Position numbers and translations under genes: made by a program. This document shows positions 41,969 to 51,126 of a DNA stretch of 64,000 nucleotides, piece after piece. The notes beneath the pieces are model-generated. The model was not told where the DNA came from. It did not search any database and was given only the letters and a program-made list of their open reading frames with translations. Position 1 is the stretch's first letter, and every line of letters starts with the position of its first letter. The stretch covers positions 1,183 through 65,182 of the forward strand of contig JACROD010000017.1 in NCBI GenBank assembly GCA_016214605.1. The letters run 5' to 3'. This DNA comes from Candidatus Kaiserbacteria bacterium. Its GTDB lineage: Bacteria > Patescibacteriota > Minisyncoccia > Phycocordibacterales > UBA2100.

Positions 41969-43837
41969 TTAAATCTGTGTATTCGCGCTTGCGAAGATAC
42001 TCCACACGCGTTCGGTCTCTGTATACCACTGATATACGTTGAGGAAGCGTTCTGCCGGGGTCGTGATCGCACCGGTCTCAACACCGTGCAGTGATGCAGG
42101 TAGTATATAGACAAAAGCGGGAGAATACAAGAAGACCGCCGGGACGTCCTTTTTGAGGATAGTAGTGAATTGCTGGTAGATCGCCTTGCGGTCTTTGTCG
42201 TCATGGGTGCTGCGGGCCTTGGTGAGGAGACTGCTGGCCTGTGAATTGGCATACATAGAAAGATTGAGGCCGGGATCATTGCGCTGACTGGAGTCCCAAA
42301 AGGCGAATAGATCCGCGCTGCGCCCCACTACTTCACCGAAGAGGATCGCATCATAGTTGCGTGGTCGCAAAATGGTCGAGTTGAAGTCGGAAATAGGGTA
42401 TACGTATACGTCGACTGTGATCCCTGCTGCCTGCCAATCTGCGGCGACCGCATGCGCGGTCGCGACGAGCTCGGGTTCGTCTGCGGTCGCAAGTGTGAAA
42501 TGAAGCGTTAGTTTGCCTTTTTCCCAAGTGTTCGTCTCGGTGTTGAATTTCCATCCGCCATTTTGCAGGATCGTGCGTGCCTCTTCGGTGTGGCGTGAGT
42601 CGCTCGTGGTGGATGTGGGAGCGATCCCCGCTTCCTTTAATGCTTCTGTAGACGGGGTCGCGGGCGAGACATCACCAAAGATCCCTTGTGGAATAGGGCC
42701 GTCCAATACGGCGCCATAATCTTGGAGTGCGTTCCGGACTAAGGCCTGTTTGTCGACGGCAGCATCAAGCGCTTTGCGTGCGGCGAGATCGACGAGAGCC
42801 GGATTATGGCTTTGGTTGAAAAAGACACCGAAGACGCGCGGCAAGATCGATTTTGCCAGAGCTGCATCTTTGCGATCCTTTAAGATTGCCACATCGCTCG
42901 GATCGACACCTGCGATCGCGTCGACACTCCCACCCAAAAAGGCTTTGTTGAGCGCGTCTGTATTGGGATAAAAGACAAGAGAGATCGTTGCTATGTGTGC
43001 TTTGCCGAGGGTAAAGTGAGAGAAGGGTTTAAGATCGTAGCGTGTTACTGATCCTGTTTTGTCGGTATTTACGCGGTCGATCATGTACGGACCGCTGCCT
43101 ATGGGGTGCGTATTGAGAGCATTGTAAGCGAAATCCTGATCGGATATTCCATCCCAGAGATGCTTCGGCAGAATGCCCATTGTCGTATCTTCCATAAAAG
43201 GTGTGTATGCATGTGGGAGTTTGAAAACCACCGTGCGCGCGTCTGGAGTCGTTATGGTGACGCCGACCCAATCCGCTTGGCGCGGGCTTTTGAGTGCGGA
43301 GTTTTGGGTCGCTCGTATGGTGAATGCGACGTCTTCGGAGGTGACCGGTGTGCCGTCTTGAAAGGTTGCATCAGAACGCATTTTGAATGTATAAGTCGTG
43401 CCGTCCTCTGAGATGGAGTAACTTTCGGCCAGGTCGGGGACCATTGATCCATTCGGCATAGCACGCATGAGGCCGGAGTAGATGAGCTCTGTCATGTCTT
43501 TGTCGGGACCTGAGATCGCAAGGACAGGATTCACGAATCGTGCAGGGCCGATTTCGCCTTCGACGAAAGAGCCCCCATATTTTGGTATGGTGACAAGCAT
43601 AGTGTCGCTCAAATGGACGATGAGTATGAACGTGCTTAATGCGATCAAGCCCGAAAATATATAGAGAGCCAAGCGTTCGCTCGGCGAAAATTGCCGCATG
43701 AGCTGGCTGAGATATTCAAATCGGCGCCAAGAAATACTGGCTTTGCCAGCAAACGGATATTGCTCGCCTGTCCTCACAGGCGGCAAAGGGGATTCTTGAG
43801 GCGTTGTTTCAGGGGAATGGGAATAAGATTCTTCCAT
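41969..43837 (-). CDS. Peptide ABC transporter substrate-binding protein (family 5)
   Basis: PDLAESY, DGTPVTSEDV, PIGSGPY, DVPAVFLY. Confidence 0.9.
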   Translation of the reverse strand: MEESYSHSPETTPQESPLPPVRTGEQYPFAGKASISWRRFEYLSQLMRQFSPSERLALYIFSGLIALSTFILIVHLSDTMLVTIPKYGGSFVEGEIGPARFVNPVLAISGPDKDMTELIYSGLMRAMPNGSMVPDLAESYSISEDGTTYTFKMRSDATFQDGTPVTSEDVAFTIRATQNSALKSPRQADWVGVTITTPDARTVVFKLPHAYTPFMEDTTMGILPKHLWDGISDQDFAYNALNTHPIGSGPYMIDRVNTDKTGSVTRYDLKPFSHFTLGKAHIATISLVFYPNTDALNKAFLGGSVDAIAGVDPSDVAILKDRKDAALAKSILPRVFGVFFNQSHNPALVDLAARKALDAAVDKQALVRNALQDYGAVLDGPIPQGIFGDVSPATPSTEALKEAGIAPTSTTSDSRHTEEARTILQNGGWKFNTETNTWEKGKLTLHFTLATADEPELVATAHAVAADWQAAGITVDVYVYPISDFNSTILRPRNYDAILFGEVVGRSADLFAFWDSSQRNDPGLNLSMYANSQASSLLTKARSTHDDKDRKAIYQQFTTILKKDVPAVFLYSPAFVYILPASLHGVETGAITTPAERFLNVYQWYTETERVWSIFASANTQI

Positions 43838-43881
43838 AACAGCACATGTGTAACACCCTGCTCCGAAAGAGAGAGTGTTGT

Positions 43882-44118
43882 TTAATAGCTAATGATGATG
43901 TTGAGCAATGCCGAAAGCGCAAACAAAATGCCGAGCACGATTGTGGCGTTGAAGAGGGTCTTCTCCAAGCCGCGACGGGTGTGAAAACCCGACGAGAAAT
44001 TATCCGCCCCGAAGGCTCCGCCCAAGGATGCTCCCGTGCGCTGCAAAAGCACGGTGACGATAAGAAGCGCAGAGAGTATGATCTGCGCGTATGGCAATAT
44101 ATGGACGAGATAGGCCAT
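43882..44118 (-). CDS. secG: Preprotein translocase SecG
   Basis: VLLQ...LGGAFG...RRGLEK, 2 TM. Confidence 0.9.
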   Translation of the reverse strand: MAYLVHILPYAQIILSALLIVTVLLQRTGASLGGAFGADNFSSGFHTRRGLEKTLFNATIVLGILFALSALLNIIISY

Positions 44119-44210
44119 GTAGAAAAATAGTAGCATAGGTGATGGGAATCGCAAAATAGATAGCGGGCGGTTTTCCCCAGGGGAAAACCGCCCGCCTAAT
44201 GACCTGCCGT

Positions 44211-44444
44211 TTAACAGAAGTAGCCGATACACGCCGGATGGGCGAGGCTCGCCTGGCCCGGTGTGTAAGTTCGATTTGGCGAAAAGATGATCTGGTCAAT
44301 CTCGAGACATTGGGAATCAACCCGATAGGCTCGATGACGCTTCACGTCTTGGTACCAAAAGTACCAAAACACACCTACAATCAAGAGGAAAACGAGAATG
44401 CATCCAGAATAAACTGCCAATGATGAACGTTCATCGTTCGTCAT
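44211..44444 (-). CDS. Single-TM ORFan
   Basis: SD AGGAGAAGGA; upstream TTGACA-N17-TATGAT; downstream 16-bp palindrome at 44163-44195. Confidence 0.6.
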   Translation of the reverse strand: MTNDERSSLAVYSGCILVFLLIVGVFWYFWYQDVKRHRAYRVDSQCLEIDQIIFSPNRTYTPGQASLAHPACIGYFC

Positions 44445-44484
44445 GTTCCTTCTCCTGCAACGGGCCGACATGAGTGCCAATAAC

Positions 44485-44513
44485 ATCATACACAAGAGTA
44501 GATGATCTGTCAA
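44485..44513 (-). promoter_or_regulatory. Near-consensus sigma70 promoter
   Basis: TTGACA-N17-TATGAT on the minus strand. Confidence 0.7.
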
Positions 44514-44649
44514 CTTTACCTCAAAATCAGGGGATTTTTGCCTATTTTTGACCGCATAACACAAAGCGTCTCATGTCACGTCTCGACAGGTTCGGGGACC
44601 TGGTATACGCTGTTTTCACTAAGCGTTCATCCGCAAAACCTCCACAAGT

Positions 44650-45279
44650 ATGTCGTTTTCTATTCATTTCTCGCGTATGCCCCTTTTTGTCGCTGTAATT
44701 ATAGCTACAGCCGCTTTTTTGCCTTCTGCGGCCTCAGCCGCCGTCGTCCCGGCACGGCTTTCGGGCTCCAATTACGGTATGGAAGATCGGGTGCGCGAAT
44801 ACTTCGCGGATATTCCGGTGATGATCGAAATCGCTCGTTGTGAATCCCAATTCATCCAATACGGCAAGAGTGGTCGTCCGCTGCATGGTGGTACTGGCAC
44901 TATGATCGGTCTTTTCCAGATCAGCGAGGTGTTGCATCGTGACGTGGCGGATAATTTTGGTTGGGATATCGATACTCCGGAAGGCAACATGTCGTATGCG
45001 CGCTATCTCTATGAGCAGCATGGCACGGCACCCTGGCTCGATTCCAAATCTTGCTGGAACGCTCCGGCGAGTGCCGCACGATGGAAGGTTGCGACACAGG
45101 CAGCGAGCAGAGAGGTCGTAGCGACATCTACCGAACAGCTCGGGGGTGGAGGTGAAGGTTCCTCAACATCAATTATCGATATCCGAGATAAGTTTCTGGT
45201 CTTGCTCGCAAAATTGAGTGTGTACCAGGCAGGTTTGTCCGTACAGACAGGTCAAGAATTGGCGAGTGCGGGCGTATAA
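44650..45279 (+). CDS. Secreted lytic transglycosylase-like protein
   Basis: Signal peptide; IARCES, GLFQI, GN..YA..LY...G..PW..S..CW. Confidence 0.75.
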   Translation: MSFSIHFSRMPLFVAVIIATAAFLPSAASAAVVPARLSGSNYGMEDRVREYFADIPVMIEIARCESQFIQYGKSGRPLHGGTGTMIGLFQISEVLHRDVADNFGWDIDTPEGNMSYARYLYEQHGTAPWLDSKSCWNAPASAARWKVATQAASREVVATSTEQLGGGGEGSSTSIIDIRDKFLVLLAKLSVYQAGLSVQTGQELASAGV

Positions 45280-45386
45280 TGCGCATCCTCGCGTATGAGG
45301 TGAATGCAAAGGACCCTTGAGTCCGTTCGTATATTGCTCTATGATGCATGACACGTAACATTATCAGTTCTAGCTATCTATTTTGT

Positions 45387-45713
45387 ATGAAAAAAGAAAC
45401 AAAGAGTTCAGCGGCCGCATTGAATATCCGCCCACTCGGTGATCGCGTCTTGGTGCGTCCCGAAGATCATGCGGACGCAAAATCTCCTTCAGGGATCATC
45501 ATTCCCGACACGGCGCGCAAAGAAAAGCCCGAACGCGGTATCGTGGTCGCGGTAGGCGAAGGCAAGCGCACCGATCGCGGCGAGGTGCTCCCGATGCATA
45601 TCAAGGTAGGCGATACTATCATATTCGATCGATACGGTTTTACTGAGGTAAAGATCGACGATACAGATTACTTCATCGTGTCCGAGTCCAACATCCTTGC
45701 GATCGTTAAATAG
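45387..45713 (+). CDS. groES: Co-chaperonin GroES
   Basis: PLGDRVLV, SGIIIPD, VAVGEG. Confidence 0.96.
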   Translation: MKKETKSSAAALNIRPLGDRVLVRPEDHADAKSPSGIIIPDTARKEKPERGIVVAVGEGKRTDRGEVLPMHIKVGDTIIFDRYGFTEVKIDDTDYFIVSESNILAIVK

Positions 45714-45756
45714 AATTTCGAACTTACGAGACCCTAATGGCTAACAACATATTCCT

Positions 45757-47403
45757 ATGGCAAAACAAGTTATTTTCGAAGAAGATGTGCGCTCAGCGCT
45801 CAAGCGCGGCGTCGATGTGATCGCCGCCGCCGTGCGTATCACGCTCGGGCCCCGTGGGCGCAATGTCGCTCTCGACAAGTCATGGGGCTCTCCCGTCATC
45901 ACCAATGATGGCGTCTCGATCGCCAAAGAGATCGTGCTTGCCGACAAGTTCGAGAACATGGGCGCTTCGATCGTCAAAGAGGTCGCCACCAAGACCAACG
46001 ACAAGGCCGGCGACGGTACGACCACAGCGGTCGTGCTGACCCAGGCGATCGTGCACGAAGGTCTCAAGCGCACGGCGCTTGGTGCCAATGCGGTCATGGT
46101 GCGTCGCGGTATTGAAGCTGCTGCCAAGGACGCCGTCGAGGAGCTCAAGAAAATGGCAAAGCCGATCAAAGGCAAACAAGACATCCGCCAAGTCGCGACC
46201 ATCTCGGCTGAATCCGAAGACCTTGGCAAGACGATAGCTGATATCGTCGACAAGGTCGGCAAAGACGGCGTGGTCACGGTCGAAGAATCCCAGTCGCTCG
46301 GCATCGAGTCTGATTTTGTGGAGGGCATGGAATTCGACAAAGGCTATGTCTCGGCGTACATGATCACCAATGCCGACCGCATGGAAGCCGAAGCCAAAGA
46401 CGCGCCGATCCTCATCACCGACAAAAAGATCTCGACCGTCAAAGACATTCTTCCGTTGCTCGAAAAGCTCGCCCAAAGCGGCAAGCGAGACCTCGTCATC
46501 ATCGCAGATGATGTGGACGGCGAGGCGCTCACGACGTTTGTCCTCAATAAACTGAAAGGCGTATTCAATGTACTCGCGATCAAAGCGCCGGGATATGGCG
46601 ACCGCAAGAAAGAAATGCTCGCCGATATTGCCGCGACCGTGGGTGCGCAGGTGATCTCCGAAGATGTGGGTCTCAAACTCGAAAGCGCGGATATATCCAT
46701 GCTCGGCAAGGCACAGCGCATCGTCGCGACCAAGGATTCGACTGTGATCGTCGGTGGCAAAGGCAAGAAATCCGATATCGATGCGCGCGTGTCTCAGCTC
46801 AAAGCACAGCTCGAAAACACCGATTCAAAGTTCGACAAAGAAAAGCTCCAGGAACGTGTGGCCAAGCTCACGGGTGGCGTTGCGGTCATTCGCGTCGGCG
46901 CTTCGACCGAGACCGAGATGAAGTATCTCAAAGACAAGATCGAGGATGCGGTCAACGCGACCAAGGCGGCGATCGCCGAGGGGATCGTAGCCGGCGGCGG
47001 CGCAGCACTTGCCAAGGTTGCCGATAAGCTCGGCAAAAAGATCGATGCCAAGGCACATGATGAGTATACGATCGGCTATCGCATCTTGCTCACGGCACTT
47101 TCTGCCCCTTTGCTCCAGATCGCCAAGAATGCCGGTCGCGAGGATGGTGCCGTAATTCTACGCGAGGTTATCAAGAAAGGCGGTGCTTTCGGCTACGATG
47201 CATCCGGCGTATCGGATGAGCCTAGAATCGTAGATATGATCGAAGCGGGCATCATTGATCCGGTCAAGGTGACACGCAGTGGTGTCGAGAATGCCGCTTC
47301 GGCGGCGGCGGTCTTGCTTACGACCGATGCGGCCGTAGCAGATATCCCCGAAGAAAAGAAAGACTTGCCGGGCGGAATGCCGGGGGGTATGGGCATGGAC
47401 TAA
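45757..47403 (+). CDS. groEL: Chaperonin GroEL
   Basis: [17 protein letters not shown] tail. Confidence 0.98.
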   Translation: MAKQVIFEEDVRSALKRGVDVIAAAVRITLGPRGRNVALDKSWGSPVITNDGVSIAKEIVLADKFENMGASIVKEVATKTNDKAGDGTTTAVVLTQAIVHEGLKRTALGANAVMVRRGIEAAAKDAVEELKKMAKPIKGKQDIRQVATISAESEDLGKTIADIVDKVGKDGVVTVEESQSLGIESDFVEGMEFDKGYVSAYMITNADRMEAEAKDAPILITDKKISTVKDILPLLEKLAQSGKRDLVIIADDVDGEALTTFVLNKLKGVFNVLAIKAPGYGDRKKEMLADIAATVGAQVISEDVGLKLESADISMLGKAQRIVATKDSTVIVGGKGKKSDIDARVSQLKAQLENTDSKFDKEKLQERVAKLTGGVAVIRVGASTETEMKYLKDKIEDAVNATKAAIAEGIVAGGGAALAKVADKLGKKIDAKAHDEYTIGYRILLTALSAPLLQIAKNAGREDGAVILREVIKKGGAFGYDASGVSDEPRIVDMIEAGIIDPVKVTRSGVENAASAAAVLLTTDAAVADIPEEKKDLPGGMPGGMGMD

Positions 47404-47486
47404 AAACAAAAGCACCCCCTTAATTTCTAACGTAAATGGTTCCCGGCCCCATATTCCTCACAAATTAGATGCATCTCACCTAAGAC

Positions 47487-48308
47487 ATGAAAGAAAACAC
47501 ATTCGAGTCGATAAAAAGAATTGATGAAAACGGCAGGGAATATTGGTCTTCACGGGAGCTTGCCAAAGTACTGGAGTATGCAGACTACCGTAAATTCCTC
47601 AATGTTACAGACAAAGCAAAGGTGGCGTGTGAAAATAGTGGAGAAGTTATCCACAACCATTTTGTCCATACGGACGAAATGGTTCCGATTGGTTCAGGGG
47701 CCGAAAGGCCTGTAGACACGATCTTTCTTTCTCGGTATGCTTGCTATCTGATCGTCCAAAACTCCGATCCGACTAAAGTCGTCGTGGCAAAAGGTCAGAC
47801 GTACTTTGCGATCCAGACTCATCGACAGGAGAAGGCAGATAACTTGATCGAAGACCACAACCGCGTCTTCCTCCGTGAGGAGATGAAGAAGCACAACACG
47901 AGCCTGATCCAGACGGCGTCTCAGGCAGGTGTAGAAAGCTTCGCCATCTTTCAAAACGCTGGATATAAGGGCTTGTACGGGGGACGTACGATGCAAGATA
48001 TACACACAAAAAAGAAACTGAAGAAGTCACAGAAGATTCTTGATCACATGAACAGTGAAGAACTTGCCGCCAACCTCTTCCGAGCTACCCAAACAGACGC
48101 AAAGATCAAGCGTGAAAATATCAGAGGCCAAGGGAGTGCAAACCTAGCACACTACGAGGTCGGTCAGAAGGTTCGTGCCACGATTGCCAATCTGGGCGGA
48201 ACAATGCCGGAAGAACTCCCGACCCCTGATGCTATCGGTAAAGCACAAACGCGAATAAAGAAGGCGCAGGGAGTAAAGAAACTTGGAAAAGGGAAAGGTA
48301 CTCTGTAA
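47487..48308 (+). CDS. dinD: DNA-damage-inducible protein D (BRO-N type)
   Basis: EYWSSREL, LSRYACYLIVQN, FQNAGYKGLYGG, ELAANLFRATQ, MPEELP. Confidence 0.9.
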   Translation: MKENTFESIKRIDENGREYWSSRELAKVLEYADYRKFLNVTDKAKVACENSGEVIHNHFVHTDEMVPIGSGAERPVDTIFLSRYACYLIVQNSDPTKVVVAKGQTYFAIQTHRQEKADNLIEDHNRVFLREEMKKHNTSLIQTASQAGVESFAIFQNAGYKGLYGGRTMQDIHTKKKLKKSQKILDHMNSEELAANLFRATQTDAKIKRENIRGQGSANLAHYEVGQKVRATIANLGGTMPEELPTPDAIGKAQTRIKKAQGVKKLGKGKGTL

Positions 48309-48534
48309 AAATAACAGCAACTACAAACTTAGGTAGAGATAAAACTTCATTTTTCGTACAGGGGTGCGGGAGCATTCTGGTAAATATGCAAAGATCATAC
48401 ACCGACAAGAAAAAGACCTTGCGGCAGACGGATCATTTGACGACCCCGCCTCGTCTCGAGGGCAAGGCAAAAAATGCCGGCATGAATCCGGTCCGCAAGA
48501 AGAAAAAAATGACGGGAGAAACTGAAGAGAAAAA

Positions 48535-49155
48535 ATGACATTTTACGACAGAAGCGAAGCGGGCAGACTCCTTGCAAAAAAACTTGGCGCTTACCGCCGC
48601 GCGGATGCGGTCGTCCTCGCGCTTCCGCGCGGCGGCGTGGTGCTCGGATATGAGGTCGCGCAAGACCTGGATCTGCCGCTCGACATCATCGCGGTGCGAA
48701 AAATAGGGCATCCGAACAATCCCGAATTTGCCGTATGCGCTGTCGATGAGCATGGAACGTTATTGTGCGATGAAGCCGGTCGTGCGTCGCTCGATCCCGA
48801 CTGGCTACGGCAAGAAGTGATGCGCGAGCAAAAAGAATCGCAACGCCGCAACAAGGTCTATCGGCAAGGCAAGAAGCCTCTATCGATCACCGGCAAGACG
48901 GCGATCATCGTCGATGACGGGGTCGCGACGGGCCTTACCATGCGGCTCGCGATCATGGCGGTGCGATCGCAGAAACCGAAGCGTATTGTAGTAGCGGTGC
49001 CGGTCGCACCGTTTGAACCGGTCGAACAGATCAGCGAGCAAGCGGACGAGTCTGTAGTGCTCACCCCGCCCGAAGATTTCCTCGGAGCCGTCGGTACCCA
49101 CTACGAGCGGTTTGCGCAAGTGAGCGACGATGAGGTCATCCGGTTGCTGAGTTGA
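48535..49155 (+). CDS. Phosphoribosyltransferase family protein
   Basis: LALPRGG, IIVDDGVATG, FAQVSD. Confidence 0.9.
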   Translation: MTFYDRSEAGRLLAKKLGAYRRADAVVLALPRGGVVLGYEVAQDLDLPLDIIAVRKIGHPNNPEFAVCAVDEHGTLLCDEAGRASLDPDWLRQEVMREQKESQRRNKVYRQGKKPLSITGKTAIIVDDGVATGLTMRLAIMAVRSQKPKRIVVAVPVAPFEPVEQISEQADESVVLTPPEDFLGAVGTHYERFAQVSDDEVIRLLS

Positions 49156-49209
49156 CGTGATATTCAACAAAGGTTATTTGGGATACATTGAGTCAATGCT
49201 AAAATAGTC

Positions 49210-49428
49210 GCGGGATAGCGAGAGTTGGTATTTTTCGGCTTTTGCCGGAAACGGGAGTCGTGCGATAAGTCCGTCATCCGCCTTGTGCGGTGGATCGTCT
49301 GAAAGGATGAAGGTGCGGTAAAAAGCGACAACCGGCTCACGGGTGTACCAAGAGCCCATTCGGGGAGGTGAACGAAAGGCGAAGCGGGCGACGAAATCCC
49401 GCCTATCTTCAAGTAACCGGTTATCCCG
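49210..49428 (+). ncRNA. Unidentified structured RNA candidate
   Basis: Extended -10 TGCTAAAAT (49197-49205), closing stem cgggatagc/gttatcccg, several internal hairpins, terminator directly after. Confidence 0.55.
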
Positions 49429-49462
49429 ACAAAAAACTCCCCGCTCGGGGAGTTTTTTGTCG
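49427..49462. terminator. Bidirectional intrinsic terminator
   Basis: 16-bp stem cgacaaaaaactcccc-gctc-ggggagttttttgtcg. Confidence 0.8.
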
Positions 49463-49507
49463 TTGGACCACCAACCTAGGATTGCACCTGCTTCATATGG
49501 TCGTCTA

Positions 49508-49537
49508 TTGACACCGATATAATGTGTATGGTATACT
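49508..49537 (+). promoter_or_regulatory. sigma70 promoter of the DGR target gene
   Basis: TTGACA-N18-TATACT with extended TG. Confidence 0.7.
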
Positions 49538-49611
49538 GAAACCAGCTGATGGATCAAGGGATTCCCTCGCGATTCCAGGACAGCTCATTTACAAACTACA
49601 GGAGACTGACC

Positions 49612-50319
49612 ATGCCGAAAGGTATGCTCGGGAATAGCGAAGTGCTCCGCCGCATCATGAGCGGACCGTTCGCCGACCTCGCCGTTAAACTCAATAGCGA
49701 AGACTCGGATGAGTGGGAGGCAGCCCTCGGAACTTTCTTGCGCAAGGAGCCCACGTGGGTGGGCGGCGCAGTTGCCAATGTCGAAAAGGTGAAACCCCCG
49801 ACCCTCGTCCTCATCCAGACGGCGACTCTCGGCAAGATCGAGGGCAAGGAGACCCGCAGTTGCTTCGCCGGCGCCATCTGGGGCTATCGGGACAGTGACA
49901 TAGACCGCTGGTTTCCCGCGCGACAGATCGCGCAAACGGCCGGTTCGGTCGGAGTCTATCAGCTTCAGAATCCGAAAGGCACCGCCTTCCGGGAAATGGC
50001 GCTGGCGGCTCTGAAAGCCTCACCCGATACCTCCAACGACCAACTCGCCAAGATGCTGAAGGAGCGCGGACTCACGTTCACGATCCAAGCCATCGAACGA
50101 CTGGTCGAAAGGCAGGAAAGCGGCGAGGACGTCGGTTTGCGTACCGATGGTTACGCGAACCTTGCGTTCGCTGAAGACGCGAACGGGAGCGTCTCGGTTC
50201 TCCGTGTCGGCCGCAGCGTCGACGGGTGGGGCGCCTACGTCTACCGGTTCGGCGACGGCGGCAGGTGGCGTGCCGAGTACCGTCTGCTTCTCCGCAACTC
50301 GGTCACTGCGACGCTCTGA
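49612..50319 (+). CDS. DGR target protein with C-terminal VR
   Basis: SD AGGAGA before ATG 49612; 3' end aligns to TR. Confidence 0.92.
   Translation: MPKGMLGNSEVLRRIMSGPFADLAVKLNSEDSDEWEAALGTFLRKEPTWVGGAVANVEKVKPPTLVLIQTATLGKIEGKETRSCFAGAIWGYRDSDIDRWFPARQIAQTAGSVGVYQLQNPKGTAFREMALAALKASPDTSNDQLAKMLKERGLTFTIQAIERLVERQESGEDVGLRTDGYANLAFAEDANGSVSVLRVGRSVDGWGAYVYRFGDGGRWRAEYRLLLRNSVTATL
50188..50295 (+). repeat. DGR variable repeat (VR)
   Basis: 108 nt colinear with TR; 16 mismatches, all opposite TR adenines. Confidence 0.96.
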
Positions 50320-50344
50320 CACTTGGACCCTTGCATTGGTCCCG

Positions 50345-50379
50345 TACCCCGCACTTCTGGAAACGGAAGTCGCGGGGTA
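50345..50379 (+). other. Hairpin downstream of VR/IMH (candidate homing cruciform)
   Basis: taccccgc-acttctg-GAAA-cggaagt-c-gcggggta. Confidence 0.7.
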
Positions 50380-50576
50380 TATTTATGCATGAACACGCTG
50401 GCATCTCCGGTCTGGCTTTTGTTTTGGACTTGAGGTGGCGAGGTTCGCACTTCTTCAAAAAAAGAAGAGAGTTGGTGCGCTGTGCTCGCGGGCTTGCGGC
50501 CCCACATCAGATACAGCCCGGAGAGTATTCTATGGGCAGTGGCCTTCGCGGGCGTCATGGATGGCACGGCGCACGA

Positions 50577-50684
50577 AGCGTCTCGGTTCTCAATGTCAAC
50601 CGCAACGACGACAGGTGGAACGCCAACGTCAACCGGTTCGACGACGGCAACAGGTGGAATGCCGAGTACCGTCTGCTTCTCCGC
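50577..50684 (+). repeat. DGR template repeat (TR)
   Basis: 25 adenines including 8 AAY codons in the VR reading frame. Confidence 0.96.
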
Positions 50685-50708
50685 CACTCACTCCTTTCTC
50701 CCCTAGCC

Positions 50709-51126
50709 CTATGCTCGGGGAGTTTTCGTTTCCAAATACTCCTTCCAACCGACGAGCATTTTGCTCGCCTCTACGAGCGGAGCCGAGAGATGTGCATATT
50801 GTTTGTCTGTGACCATGTCGATTTCCCAGCCGACAAGCAAAAAGAACTTTACCAAATCAAGGCGAACCACGGCGGCTTCAATTGCCGTTACTTTTTGTTG
50901 CCCCGATAGATAGCTGGCGCGGAAGGCCCATTCGAGCGTGGCAAGAAACAACTCATCTATCTTCTCGCCGAGCGTGCGTCGTTGTGTTTTAGCGATGTGC
51001 GGCAGGAGCCCTTGCCAGAGGCCGTAGGAATCTTTCAATACCAACACCACGGGGACGAATTTTGGTTGCTGAATCGTGCGGGGGGGGGGTACGCTTTGAA
51101 GAATGAGCGGAATCCGGTTTATCCAT
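50709..51126 (-). CDS. avd: Accessory variability determinant (Avd); frameshifted at G10 relative to ATG 51126, ORF intact from GTG 51050
   Basis: Four-helix-bundle pattern RRTLGEKID...LDLVKF...Y..LS..L.E..KMLVGW; located between TR and RT. Confidence 0.85.

Noticed and set aside
49210-49428. RNase P RNA, tmRNA or SRP RNA
   Set aside because: ggtgcggtaa resembles an RNase P segment, but GAGGAAAGUCC, tRNA-like ends and the SRP GGAA-loop helix are absent.
49164-49557. Minus-strand ORFs of 82 and 127 aa
   Set aside because: No recognisable protein features; the region is better explained by RNA structure and promoters.
50226-50909. 227-aa ORF spanning TR as a second target gene
   Set aside because: It is the TR read in the VR frame plus the avd antisense strand, with no credible start signals.
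51080-51105. G10 tract frameshifting the RT coding sequence
   Set aside because: An in-frame TGA at 51097-51099 lies between the tract and the RT ATG, so RT cannot be read through the tract.
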